DNA of 64,000 nt from Halieaceae bacterium (lineage in GTDB: Bacteria; Pseudomonadota; Gammaproteobacteria; Pseudomonadales; Halieaceae). The stretch's first letter is position 1, and every line of letters starts with the position of its first letter. Below, one piece after another: positions 21,154 through 28,932 of this stretch. The stretch is from positions 11,923-75,922 of the forward strand of contig JBELJN010000006.1 of the NCBI GenBank assembly GCA_042090345.1, in the 5' to 3' direction. The position numbers were made by a program, and so were the translations under genes. Below the pieces are notes generated by a model. The model was not told the origin of the DNA, did not search any database, and saw nothing but the letters and a program-made list of their open reading frames with translations.

Positions 21154-21660
21154 ATGGAAATCACCAACATTACGTTCGATGAACTCGCGGTTGGAGATGG
21201 TATCGAAGTTAGCCGCTTAGTCACAGCAACAGATGTCGAACTCTTTGCTGTGGTATCGGGAGATCACAATCCGCTGCACCTTGACCCAGAGTACGGTGCC
21301 ACGACGCCATTTGGAGAATGCATTGGCCACGGCATGCTGATCGGTGCTTTCGTCAGCGCCATGATTGGCATGGAGTTTATGGGGCCCGGAACCGTCTACC
21401 TTGGGCAGAACCTTGAATTCAGATCGCCGATATTTCTTGGTGACACGCTCACCCTGTCACTTACCGTAACTGACAAGCACGCGCGCAAACCGTGGGTCAC
21501 TATGGCACTCAAAGTCACCAATCAGGAGGGTAAAGAGGTATCTCGCGGCGAGTCCAAAGTCATCGCACCAACCGAGAAAAAAACACTCACAGTCGTGCCA
21601 CCCCCGCCCGTCGAACTAGTTGATCACGACTCGCCTCGACTGGATGGCGCAATAAACTGA
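21154..21660 (+). CDS. MaoC-like (R)-specific enoyl-CoA hydratase / hot-dog fold protein
   Basis: SGDHNPLHLDPEYG is the MaoC dehydratase signature region. ATG 21154 is preceded by GCGAGGA. Confidence 0.8.
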   Translation: MEITNITFDELAVGDGIEVSRLVTATDVELFAVVSGDHNPLHLDPEYGATTPFGECIGHGMLIGAFVSAMIGMEFMGPGTVYLGQNLEFRSPIFLGDTLTLSLTVTDKHARKPWVTMALKVTNQEGKEVSRGESKVIAPTEKKTLTVVPPPPVELVDHDSPRLDGAIN

Positions 21661-22127
21661 TCAGCATTCATGTACATAAGGTCCATCAAGATCAAGGGTT
21701 CGCTTAACGACGGCGTCATTGTGCACATCAAGACATTGATGTCGCCTCCGTGCACGGTCGGCCCTCTGGCACCGATAAGTACCTTGTTAGTGCCCTGTTG
21801 GTCTGGGCCCCGCTCCTGATACGTTCTCAGCGCACCCTCCTCCTTCAAGATTTCAATCAAATCTTGAAGGATCGCAACAATACTGTCCCTAAATCGCGAG
21901 TAATTAAGGTCGCCACGGTACTGGGAAATATCGAGAGTCATATTGAGCTGAACCGTTTCATCACCCTCAAATTCCAAGCGCGTGACGCCCACTGTCTCGC
22001 CCTCTTCGAGGCGACGAAACAGCCCTTTGGAGACCGTTCGGGTTGTTTCAATAAACGCCTTGTGCAACAAGTTGGCAGCCAAACTGCCCAACTGGTCGTA
22101 TGTCATCGTAGAATTGCCAAAGGCCAT
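21624..22127 (-). CDS. Hypothetical protein (167 aa), family not recognised
   Basis: The ATG is preceded by GGGGAG at 5-nt spacing. Composition is protein-like (…LEFEGDETVQLNMTLDISQYRGDLNYSRFRDSIVAILQDLIEILKEEG…). The antisense ORF 21750..22256 is R/S/P-rich and looks like a shadow. Confidence 0.6.
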   Translation of the reverse strand: MAFGNSTMTYDQLGSLAANLLHKAFIETTRTVSKGLFRRLEEGETVGVTRLEFEGDETVQLNMTLDISQYRGDLNYSRFRDSIVAILQDLIEILKEEGALRTYQERGPDQQGTNKVLIGARGPTVHGGDINVLMCTMTPSLSEPLILMDLMYMNADQFIAPSSRGES

Positions 22128-22227
22128 GATTGCTCCCCAAAAACTGTGCTAGTACGGACTACCCCAAAATCGCCGAACCCGTCTCTCAACGTTATCCCTA
22201 CAACATCGAGACCTATGCGGCCCAGCG

Positions 22228-24270
22228 TTGATGCGAGAGCTTATCAGTATGATTGACCGTGGCAACCACGATTGGCGACTTATGTCGCGCCCGACTTTAA
22301 CTTTTGTGGACGGGACGCCCAGATCAGTCGACTTTGACGATGACTACTACTCGCCAACGAACGGACTCGCCGAGAGCAGCTACGTCTACATTGAAGGTGG
22401 CGAGATCGTTCCGCGCATAAAAGCGCTCAAGGCCGGTCAAACGTTAACGATTGCGGAATTGGGCGTGGGTACCGCCCTCAACCTCGCGCTACTCTTGCAG
22501 GCTTGGTCGCATTTTGCTCCGGCAGATGCGCACTGCCACTATATTGGCATCGAAAAGTATCCACTTCGCCGAGCGCAGCTGGCCCAAGTCAATGCACAAT
22601 GGGAGGCGCTCGGTGAAATCAACGAGGTCATCATGTCCCGTTGGCCGGCGCCGATTCCAGGCTGTCATCGCCGAAATTCGATACTGCCGGGTTTCTCTGT
22701 CGATTTTTGGTGGGGTGATGCAACCGACGTTCTAAGCGACCTCTTGGGTTATCAACAAACATGGATTGATGTGTGGTTTCTGGACGGGTTTTCGCCGGCA
22801 CGCAATGAATCAATGTGGGGTGAGGCTGTTATCGATCGACTGATTCCGCTTAGTAATCCTGAGGCAATTGTCACCACCTTCACTGCGGCAGGTCATGTCA
22901 GGCGCGCTTTGGAGCAAAACGGATTTTCCGTAACTAAACGCCGTGGTTTTGGGGGTAAGCGCGAGTGCATGACAGCCACTCGGTCAAGCCGCCCCCCTCT
23001 CAAGGCAGATCGTTTTGACACGGATTGGGACCAACCCAAACATTGCGCTTCACTGAAAAACTGCTTGGTTATCGGCGCCGGGCTTGCGGGATCTCATATC
23101 GCGAGGAAACTTGCGGAGGCCGGCTGCACGGTAACGGTTATAGAGCGCAATAGCCTGGCCTCTGGCGGGTCGAGTCAACCGCAAGGCGTGATCTATACCC
23201 GCCCCTCTCATAAGCACGGGAAGCTCGCAGATTTCTCTCTCGCCGCCTACTGTTTATCCACCGATCATCACCAGCAGTTATTCTCCCATCAGCAGCTTTG
23301 TGAGGGCGTCGACGGTGAGATGTCGGGATATATTCAATTGCGCGACGCTGACAAGCTTACTCTTTTGGCATCGGCCTTCGCCGATGAAGACAGTCCAGTG
23401 AAATTTGTAACGCCGGACGAGGCGAGCCGCATTGCCGGTATACCACTTGATCGCGGTGGTATGTATTTTCCGGATTCAGGCTGGTTGAACCCCGCAGGCG
23501 TTTGTCGATCACTAATCAATCACCCCAAAATTACGCTTGTAGAGGGCGTTGGCGCGGTAAAGCCGCGTCAGTTAGATTCGGGGCTGTGGGCTGCTGAGAA
23601 TCAGAAAGGGCAAACGATCGCGGTTGGGGATACGGTGATCCTTACGACAGCATGGCAGGCAACAGACAGTACCGAGTTGGACTTCTTGCCACTACAGCCT
23701 ATTCGGGGACAAACGACACAGCTGTCCTCAAACGGCTTATTGGCGAGGATGCGTTGCACTGTTTGTCATGATGGTTACACCCCGCCTGCTCGAAGCGGGG
23801 AGCATTGTATCGGCGCAACCTATGGGCTCAACGAGACGACCTTAGAAGAGCGTGCAGACGATCATCGCTTAAATCTGTCGCAACTGGCGTCGAATATACC
23901 CTCCCTCACAGGAGCCCTCAGCGAGACAGGAGCCCTCAGCGAGCAAAGGCTCAAGGGCATTGCCGCCGTTCGCTGCGCCACCAGTGACTATTTACCTATC
24001 GCCGGGCCCGTACCCGATAAAATTGCTTTTAATCGAACCTTTGAGGGTTTGCGTCACGATCGTAAGCGGCACATTGACGCCCAGCAACCCAACATCGAAG
24101 GGTTATGGGTCTTTACAGGGCTGGGCTCTCGAGGGCTCACTTCAGCACCTATTCTGTCAGAGATGTTAGTGTCGATGATGTTCCGGCGACCGCCCCCGCT
24201 ACCGCGCTACTTGATGCAAGCGGTTTCACCCGCGCGCTTTTTGAGGCGCAACTTGATAAAGGGCGAGTGA
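22228..24270 (+). CDS. mnmC: Bifunctional tRNA mnm5s2U34 methyltransferase / FAD-dependent cmnm5s2U34 oxidoreductase MnmC
   Basis: The N-terminal methyltransferase part has DFDDDYYS and WFLDGFSPARNESMW. The C-terminal DAO domain has VIGAGLAGSHIARKLAEAG. The start is uncertain; candidates are 22228, 22231, 22249 and 22282. Confidence 0.9.
   Translation: MMRELISMIDRGNHDWRLMSRPTLTFVDGTPRSVDFDDDYYSPTNGLAESSYVYIEGGEIVPRIKALKAGQTLTIAELGVGTALNLALLLQAWSHFAPADAHCHYIGIEKYPLRRAQLAQVNAQWEALGEINEVIMSRWPAPIPGCHRRNSILPGFSVDFWWGDATDVLSDLLGYQQTWIDVWFLDGFSPARNESMWGEAVIDRLIPLSNPEAIVTTFTAAGHVRRALEQNGFSVTKRRGFGGKRECMTATRSSRPPLKADRFDTDWDQPKHCASLKNCLVIGAGLAGSHIARKLAEAGCTVTVIERNSLASGGSSQPQGVIYTRPSHKHGKLADFSLAAYCLSTDHHQQLFSHQQLCEGVDGEMSGYIQLRDADKLTLLASAFADEDSPVKFVTPDEASRIAGIPLDRGGMYFPDSGWLNPAGVCRSLINHPKITLVEGVGAVKPRQLDSGLWAAENQKGQTIAVGDTVILTTAWQATDSTELDFLPLQPIRGQTTQLSSNGLLARMRCTVCHDGYTPPARSGEHCIGATYGLNETTLEERADDHRLNLSQLASNIPSLTGALSETGALSEQRLKGIAAVRCATSDYLPIAGPVPDKIAFNRTFEGLRHDRKRHIDAQQPNIEGLWVFTGLGSRGLTSAPILSEMLVSMMFRRPPPLPRYLMQAVSPARFLRRNLIKGE
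23908..23943 (+). repeat. Perfect 18-bp tandem duplication inside mnmC
   Basis: ACAGGAGCCCTCAGCGAG occurs at 23908-23925 and again at 23926-23943. It is in frame and gives TGALSE-TGALSE in the protein. Confidence 0.95.
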
Positions 24271-25046
24271 TGAAGCTAAAGATCCTCTCAATGCTCCTCA
24301 CTGTTTTGACGTTGAGTACTCAGGGTGTTCACGGTACGCCGGTATCGGAAGACATCACCGTCTTTGATATTTCTGTCGCGGAAAGACGGCCGTATGACCG
24401 AGGCACTTTTACTCAAGGCCTACTCATTACCTCCGAAACCCTGTGGGTGAGCTCTGGCCTCTACGGACAGTCCTTTGTTCAGCGTATGGATTGGCCAAGT
24501 GGAGAGAATAAGCGGCAATTGGACCTACCTGACAACCTCTTCGCAGAGGGAATCGCACACCATGAGGGTCATTTGTACACACTCACTTGGAAGTCACGAC
24601 AGATGCTCGCGCTAGATCCCGAGACACTCTCGGTAACAGCCACTCATAGGCTACCAGGAGAGGGCTGGGGCTTAACGAGCGATGGGACAAGTTTGTGGAT
24701 GTCGGATGGCACGTCGCGCATCCGCGAGTGGCGCGATGGTAAATTTCAGCGCACACTGACCGTGACCTTGAGGGGCAAACCGCTCTCTAGACTGAACGAA
24801 CTCGAGTGGATTGACGGCGAAATTTGGGCAAATATCTGGATGACCGATCAGATTGTAACAATTGCGCCCACCTCAGGCAGAATCACCCGTATCATAGACC
24901 TGACAAACCTACTCCCAAAGAGTGAACGGGCAAGAAACACCGATGTGTTAAACGGTATCGCACACGACCCCAAAGCAAATGCCACATGGGTAACCGGTAA
25001 ACGATGGCCGTACATGTACCGTATAGAATTGCTAGAGCGTAAATGA
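24270..25046 (+). CDS. Glutaminyl-peptide cyclotransferase (bacterial/plant beta-propeller type), secreted
   Basis: Signal peptide MKLKILSMLLTVLTLSTQGVHG. Motifs FTQGLL, FAEGIAHHEGHLYTLTWK, GEGWGLTSDG, LNELEWIDGEIWANIW and VLNGIAHD...WVTGKRWP match the glutamine cyclotransferase family. The ATG overlaps the mnmC stop (ATGA). Confidence 0.85.
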   Translation: MKLKILSMLLTVLTLSTQGVHGTPVSEDITVFDISVAERRPYDRGTFTQGLLITSETLWVSSGLYGQSFVQRMDWPSGENKRQLDLPDNLFAEGIAHHEGHLYTLTWKSRQMLALDPETLSVTATHRLPGEGWGLTSDGTSLWMSDGTSRIREWRDGKFQRTLTVTLRGKPLSRLNELEWIDGEIWANIWMTDQIVTIAPTSGRITRIIDLTNLLPKSERARNTDVLNGIAHDPKANATWVTGKRWPYMYRIELLERK

Positions 25047-25111
25047 TCTAGCAGCAACTAAATAACGGCGCACTTGTAACTCAGTGCCCAAAGAGAAGTA
25101 GAAGGAATCCT

Positions 25112-28054
25112 ATGAACGCCGTTGTATCTCCGTCGACGCACCCCGCTTTTGAACTCATTCGAACTGTCCCTATTGAATCGCTGGGGCTAGACGTTCATGA
25201 ATATGTGCATCGCGCTACCGGTGCGCGGCATCTTCATATGGCCACCGATACCGACGAAAATGTCTTTATGGTGGCGTTGAAAACGGTCCCCGAAGACTCG
25301 ACCGGCGTTGCTCATATCCTCGAACATACGGTGCTTTGTGGCAGTGAAAAATACCCTGTTCGTGACCCCTTTTTCATGATGCTGCGCCGATCACTCAACA
25401 CGTTCATGAATGCCTTTACCAGCTCCGACTGGACTGCCTACCCTTTTGCGACGCAAAACCCCAAAGACTTCGATAATCTTTTATCGGTTTATCTCGATGC
25501 CGTCTTCTTCTCACGATTGGATCCGCTGGATTTTGCGCAGGAAGGCCATAGAGTCGAACTCGCCTCCGACGAGCCCGATGCACCGCTGGTTTTTAAGGGA
25601 GTGGTCTTCAACGAGATGAAGGGCGCTATGTCCTCGGTTTCATCAGTACTGTGGGATCGCCTTTGCTTTGAGCTTTTCCCAACAAATACCTATCACCACA
25701 ATAGTGGGGGTGACCCTGAAGCCATCCCTGATCTCAGCCATGACGAATTGATGGCGTTTTACAAAGGGCACTATCACCCCAGTAACGCGATCCTACTCAC
25801 CTTTGGCAATTTGCCGGTCGCACAACATCACGATGCCTTTGAAAGTCGAGCGCTACACCGATTCGAGAAATCAAAAGAAGTCATTGAGGTGCACCCTGAG
25901 CAATCGTTTGAGGCACCCAAGCGTGCGACGCATCGATATGCGTTGGATGACAGCGATGCCGCGGATAAAACGCACCTCATTATGGGCTGGAAATTGGGTG
26001 AGAGCTCGGACTTAGACGCCATGCTGGAGGCTCAACTCCTCTCCTCAGTCCTTATGGAAAACAGCGCATCACCACTTATGCAATGGCTGGAAACAAATGA
26101 CCTTGGGACGGCGCCGTCTCCACTTTGTGGCTTGGAAGAGTCGATGCGCGAAATGGTTCTTTGCTGCGGGATTGAAGGCAGCGAGGCAAATCGCGCTAAT
26201 CAATTCGAAGCAAGCGTACTCGACGTCATCCGAAAAACCGCACAAGAAGGGGTTTCTGAAGAACGACTTGATGCAATCCTGCACCAGATCGAACTGCATC
26301 AGCGAGAAGTCACTGGCGATGGAATGCCCTACGGGCTCAACCTCATGCTCCGTGCATTAGGTGCGGCAACACACAACGGTGATGCGGTGGCAGCGCTTGA
26401 TCTAAGCCCTGCGGTTGAGAAGCTACGCCAGAAGATGCGCGCTCCCAATTTCATTCAAAGTCGTCTAACTGACCTGCTGCTCGAAAACCCGCACCGCGTC
26501 ACACTTGTCGTCGCACCGGATGCCAATCTTGATCAAGAACGAAAGGATCGTGAGACATCCCGCCTTGCCACGATGCGAGCGTCACTCGATGAGGAGGCCA
26601 TCAATAACATTCGCAAACTCGCGACTGACCTAGAGGCCCGACAGAACCAGGTTGACGATGCCAGTATTTTGCCCAAAGTCGGCATTTCCGATATTCCTAA
26701 AGACTTATCAGCGCCAACGCTCGAGAGACGCCCGTTAAGTAGCGGGCAAACCCATTTTGTGGGAGCCAGCGGTACGAATGGGCTCGTTTATCAGCAAGTT
26801 GCCATGGATTTACCGGCACTCACCGAAGCGCAGCAGGGAAGGCTCCCGCTGCTTTGCGCACTCGCGACTGAAGTCGGTTTGGGTGGTTCCACCTACCTCG
26901 ATATCCAGGATCGGCAGTCCTCCACGGTCGGTAGTTTGAGTCTCAGCGTTTCAACTCGTGCCTCACGTGAAGACGTCAACGAGGCCTTTGGCTATCTCGT
27001 TACCGCCTCCAAAGCTCTGGCTAACCGAATACCTGATCAAGTCTCACTCATGATGGACACGCTTATGCGAGCCTCTTTTGATGAGACGGACCGTATAAAG
27101 GAGCTCATTAGTCAAATGCGCGCCCGTCGCGATCAAAGTATTTCAGGTGCAGGCCACAGCCTTGCCATGACGGCCGCAAGTGCGGGTATGAGTCCCCTTG
27201 CTAGCCTTTATCAGAGTCAAAGCGGTCTTGCGGGCATTGCAAGCCTTCGCGCGCTAGATAATGCCCTCTCTGACTCAACAGCACTTCACGATCTCAGCAC
27301 TGAACTTGCGGAACTCAGGGACCATTTATTGTCTTCTCCATCGTTCAATTTACTGACGGTGAGCGACTCACAGAGTCTAGATCAGGCCGCTCAAGCCCTC
27401 ATTGACGCGGTCGCACCCCTCGCAAATAGTGACAGAACATCGACTTGGACACCCGGTGAGAAGCAAGCCAGTACCAATCAGATTTGGGTCGCAAATACGC
27501 AAGTTAATTTCTGCGCAAAAGCATATCCCACAGTGTCAAGTGGACACCCCGATGCGCCTGCACTGACCGTCCTCGGCGCATACTTACGTAATGGCTTTTT
27601 GCATCGAGCCATTCGAGAACAAGGTGGAGCTTACGGCGGCGGTGCCAGCCACGATGCGAATGTTGGCGCATTCCGATTCTTCTCATATCGTGATCCAAGA
27701 AATATTGGCACCCTCGCGGACTTTGAAGCCTCGGTTGAGTGGTTACTGAGTTCGAAAGCAGATTCACATGCACTTGAGGAAGCTATCTTGAGTGTCGTTT
27801 CGAGCTTGGATAAACCGGCGTCCCCCGCGGGCGAGGTTAAAAAGGCGTTCTATGACACCTTGTACAAGCGAACTCTTGAGCAAAAGCGTGCGCTTCGTGA
27901 GGCGATCATTAATACCCGGCACGAAGATCTGTGCCGGGTTGCCGATACCTACCTAAAACCTGAGTTGGCATGCTCAGTTATTTTAACTGACGCCAAGTCC
28001 GCCGAAAGTGAGTCCCTAAGCAGTCTCGGCTGGCAGCATCATGATGTGAGCTGA
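25112..28054 (+). CDS. PreP-like M16C family zinc metalloprotease (presequence/peptide-degrading protease homologue)
   Basis: 980 aa. The inverted zinc motif HILEHTVLCGS (HxxEH) is followed by YPVRDPFFMMLRRSLNTFMNAFTSSDWTAYPF, which is typical of PreP/CYM1-type M16C enzymes. Confidence 0.85.
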   Translation: MNAVVSPSTHPAFELIRTVPIESLGLDVHEYVHRATGARHLHMATDTDENVFMVALKTVPEDSTGVAHILEHTVLCGSEKYPVRDPFFMMLRRSLNTFMNAFTSSDWTAYPFATQNPKDFDNLLSVYLDAVFFSRLDPLDFAQEGHRVELASDEPDAPLVFKGVVFNEMKGAMSSVSSVLWDRLCFELFPTNTYHHNSGGDPEAIPDLSHDELMAFYKGHYHPSNAILLTFGNLPVAQHHDAFESRALHRFEKSKEVIEVHPEQSFEAPKRATHRYALDDSDAADKTHLIMGWKLGESSDLDAMLEAQLLSSVLMENSASPLMQWLETNDLGTAPSPLCGLEESMREMVLCCGIEGSEANRANQFEASVLDVIRKTAQEGVSEERLDAILHQIELHQREVTGDGMPYGLNLMLRALGAATHNGDAVAALDLSPAVEKLRQKMRAPNFIQSRLTDLLLENPHRVTLVVAPDANLDQERKDRETSRLATMRASLDEEAINNIRKLATDLEARQNQVDDASILPKVGISDIPKDLSAPTLERRPLSSGQTHFVGASGTNGLVYQQVAMDLPALTEAQQGRLPLLCALATEVGLGGSTYLDIQDRQSSTVGSLSLSVSTRASREDVNEAFGYLVTASKALANRIPDQVSLMMDTLMRASFDETDRIKELISQMRARRDQSISGAGHSLAMTAASAGMSPLASLYQSQSGLAGIASLRALDNALSDSTALHDLSTELAELRDHLLSSPSFNLLTVSDSQSLDQAAQALIDAVAPLANSDRTSTWTPGEKQASTNQIWVANTQVNFCAKAYPTVSSGHPDAPALTVLGAYLRNGFLHRAIREQGGAYGGGASHDANVGAFRFFSYRDPRNIGTLADFEASVEWLLSSKADSHALEEAILSVVSSLDKPASPAGEVKKAFYDTLYKRTLEQKRALREAIINTRHEDLCRVADTYLKPELACSVILTDAKSAESESLSSLGWQHHDVS

Positions 28055-28055
28055 G

Positions 28056-28637
28056 TCAGGAGCCTTTGCCACTAACATAAAGAACAATGCCTGTAGGACC
28101 CTTGAGCCACAGGCGCGACCAGGTAGCGGGTCCAAGGTTCAGGTAACCCCTGGTCGGGTCGGCTAGTACCACTTTTGTGTCGCTCAACGATTGCACCACT
28201 GTAAAGTGGCCATTGCCGCCTAGATCAATCCAGGCCAGCAAAGGGTATTGAAGTCTTCGTAACTTAAGTAAGGTCACGCGTTCAGTGCTGAGCGAGACGC
28301 CATAGAAACGCGCTAAAGCCTGTAACTCACCGACTGAGTAACCGTCTCTGCTGCGTCGGTTAGCGCTGTTGTGATGCAATAAAGCGCCAGTTTGCTCCAA
28401 CTGCGCAAGTGAAACCGGTGATTCTGAAAAGTAAGTCAATAACATAGCGAGCGACGCCAGCCCACAATTCGTCGACGTCGATTGCCGGATCAAAGGCACG
28501 TCGATAGGCACTTCAAGGTTACCCAATTGAGCCTCCTTGGCTAAACGCGCCTGACTCGATGATGGCGACGCCATCACGCAAAGTGTACTTAGCGCAAAAG
28601 CAATTGAGGCGGTTATTCGCGCCTTCGACTCTTGCAC
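28056..28637 (-). CDS. Stand-alone C39 family (double-glycine type) cysteine peptidase, probably with its own signal peptide
   Basis: The core VPLIRQSTSTNCGLASLAMLLTYF ... YPLLAWIDLGGNGHFTVVQSLSDTKVVLADP parallels the CvaB/ComA peptidase domain (Gln-x5-Cys-Gly and His...Asp are present). GTG 28637 gives a K/R n-region, the hydrophobic core ITASIAFALSTLCVMA and SQA. Alternative starts are GTG 28688, ATG 28574 and TTG 28526. Confidence 0.75.
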   Translation of the reverse strand: MQESKARITASIAFALSTLCVMASPSSSQARLAKEAQLGNLEVPIDVPLIRQSTSTNCGLASLAMLLTYFSESPVSLAQLEQTGALLHHNSANRRSRDGYSVGELQALARFYGVSLSTERVTLLKLRRLQYPLLAWIDLGGNGHFTVVQSLSDTKVVLADPTRGYLNLGPATWSRLWLKGPTGIVLYVSGKGS

Positions 28638-28849
28638 CCGGCCAGACCAATATGAAATACAAAGAGCGCCAACATGGCACTCCCCCACGCAAGCGTATTA
28701 TTGGAATCTCTCTCGAGGCTTGTATACGTGATGGCAATAGCTACCCAGGTAACAAAGGGTCCAGAAATTTCGACAAAGAACAGCCGACGCGCTTTTACTT
28801 CGCTAAGGTACTCAGCTCGCATCCTTTGAAGTCGATCGCTAGCAGACAA
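28613..28849 (-). CDS. Small two-TM membrane protein (78 aa), unknown family
   Basis: TTG start with a perfect AAGGAGG Shine-Dalgarno 7 nt upstream (28857-28863 on the plus strand). There are two hydrophobic helices (LFFVEISGPFVTWVAIAITYTSL and AMLALFVFHIGLAG) and basic termini. The 3' end overlaps the peptidase ORF. Confidence 0.55.
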   Translation of the reverse strand: MSASDRLQRMRAEYLSEVKARRLFFVEISGPFVTWVAIAITYTSLERDSNNTLAWGSAMLALFVFHIGLAGCKSRRRE

Positions 28850-28895
28850 TATGACACCTCCTTAGAATTTAGGACTTCGTTTTAAGTCGCTAAGA

Positions 28896-28911
28896 GCCGC
28901 CCGAGGGCGGC
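28896..28911 (-). terminator. GC-only stem-loop between the 85-aa ORF and the downstream small ORF, a possible attenuating or stabilising hairpin
   Basis: GCCGCC-CUCG-GGCGGC is a 6-bp all-GC stem with a tetraloop. It lies 22 nt after the TAG of the 85-aa ORF and has only a weak U-tract (UCUU). Confidence 0.4.
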
Positions 28912-28932
28912 AAGATAATGGTTAAGGCTTCA

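Noticed and set aside
21750-22256. A 168-aa plus-strand ORF overlapping the 167-aa hypothetical gene and the mnmC start.
   Set aside because: The sequence is R/S/P-rich and not protein-like. The opposite-strand ORF has a good Shine-Dalgarno and balanced composition, so I treat this one as the shadow. Only conservation analysis would settle it.
24105-24269. Long N-terminal extensions in track ORFs: 24105 for the cyclase, 33434 for btuB, 61776 for mltF, 41257 for der, 54108 for trmJ and 10271/9382 for the ABC genes.
   Set aside because: Each extension overlaps the upstream gene or a riboswitch. In each case an internal ATG gives a canonical signal peptide or a family-typical N-terminus, often with a Shine-Dalgarno.
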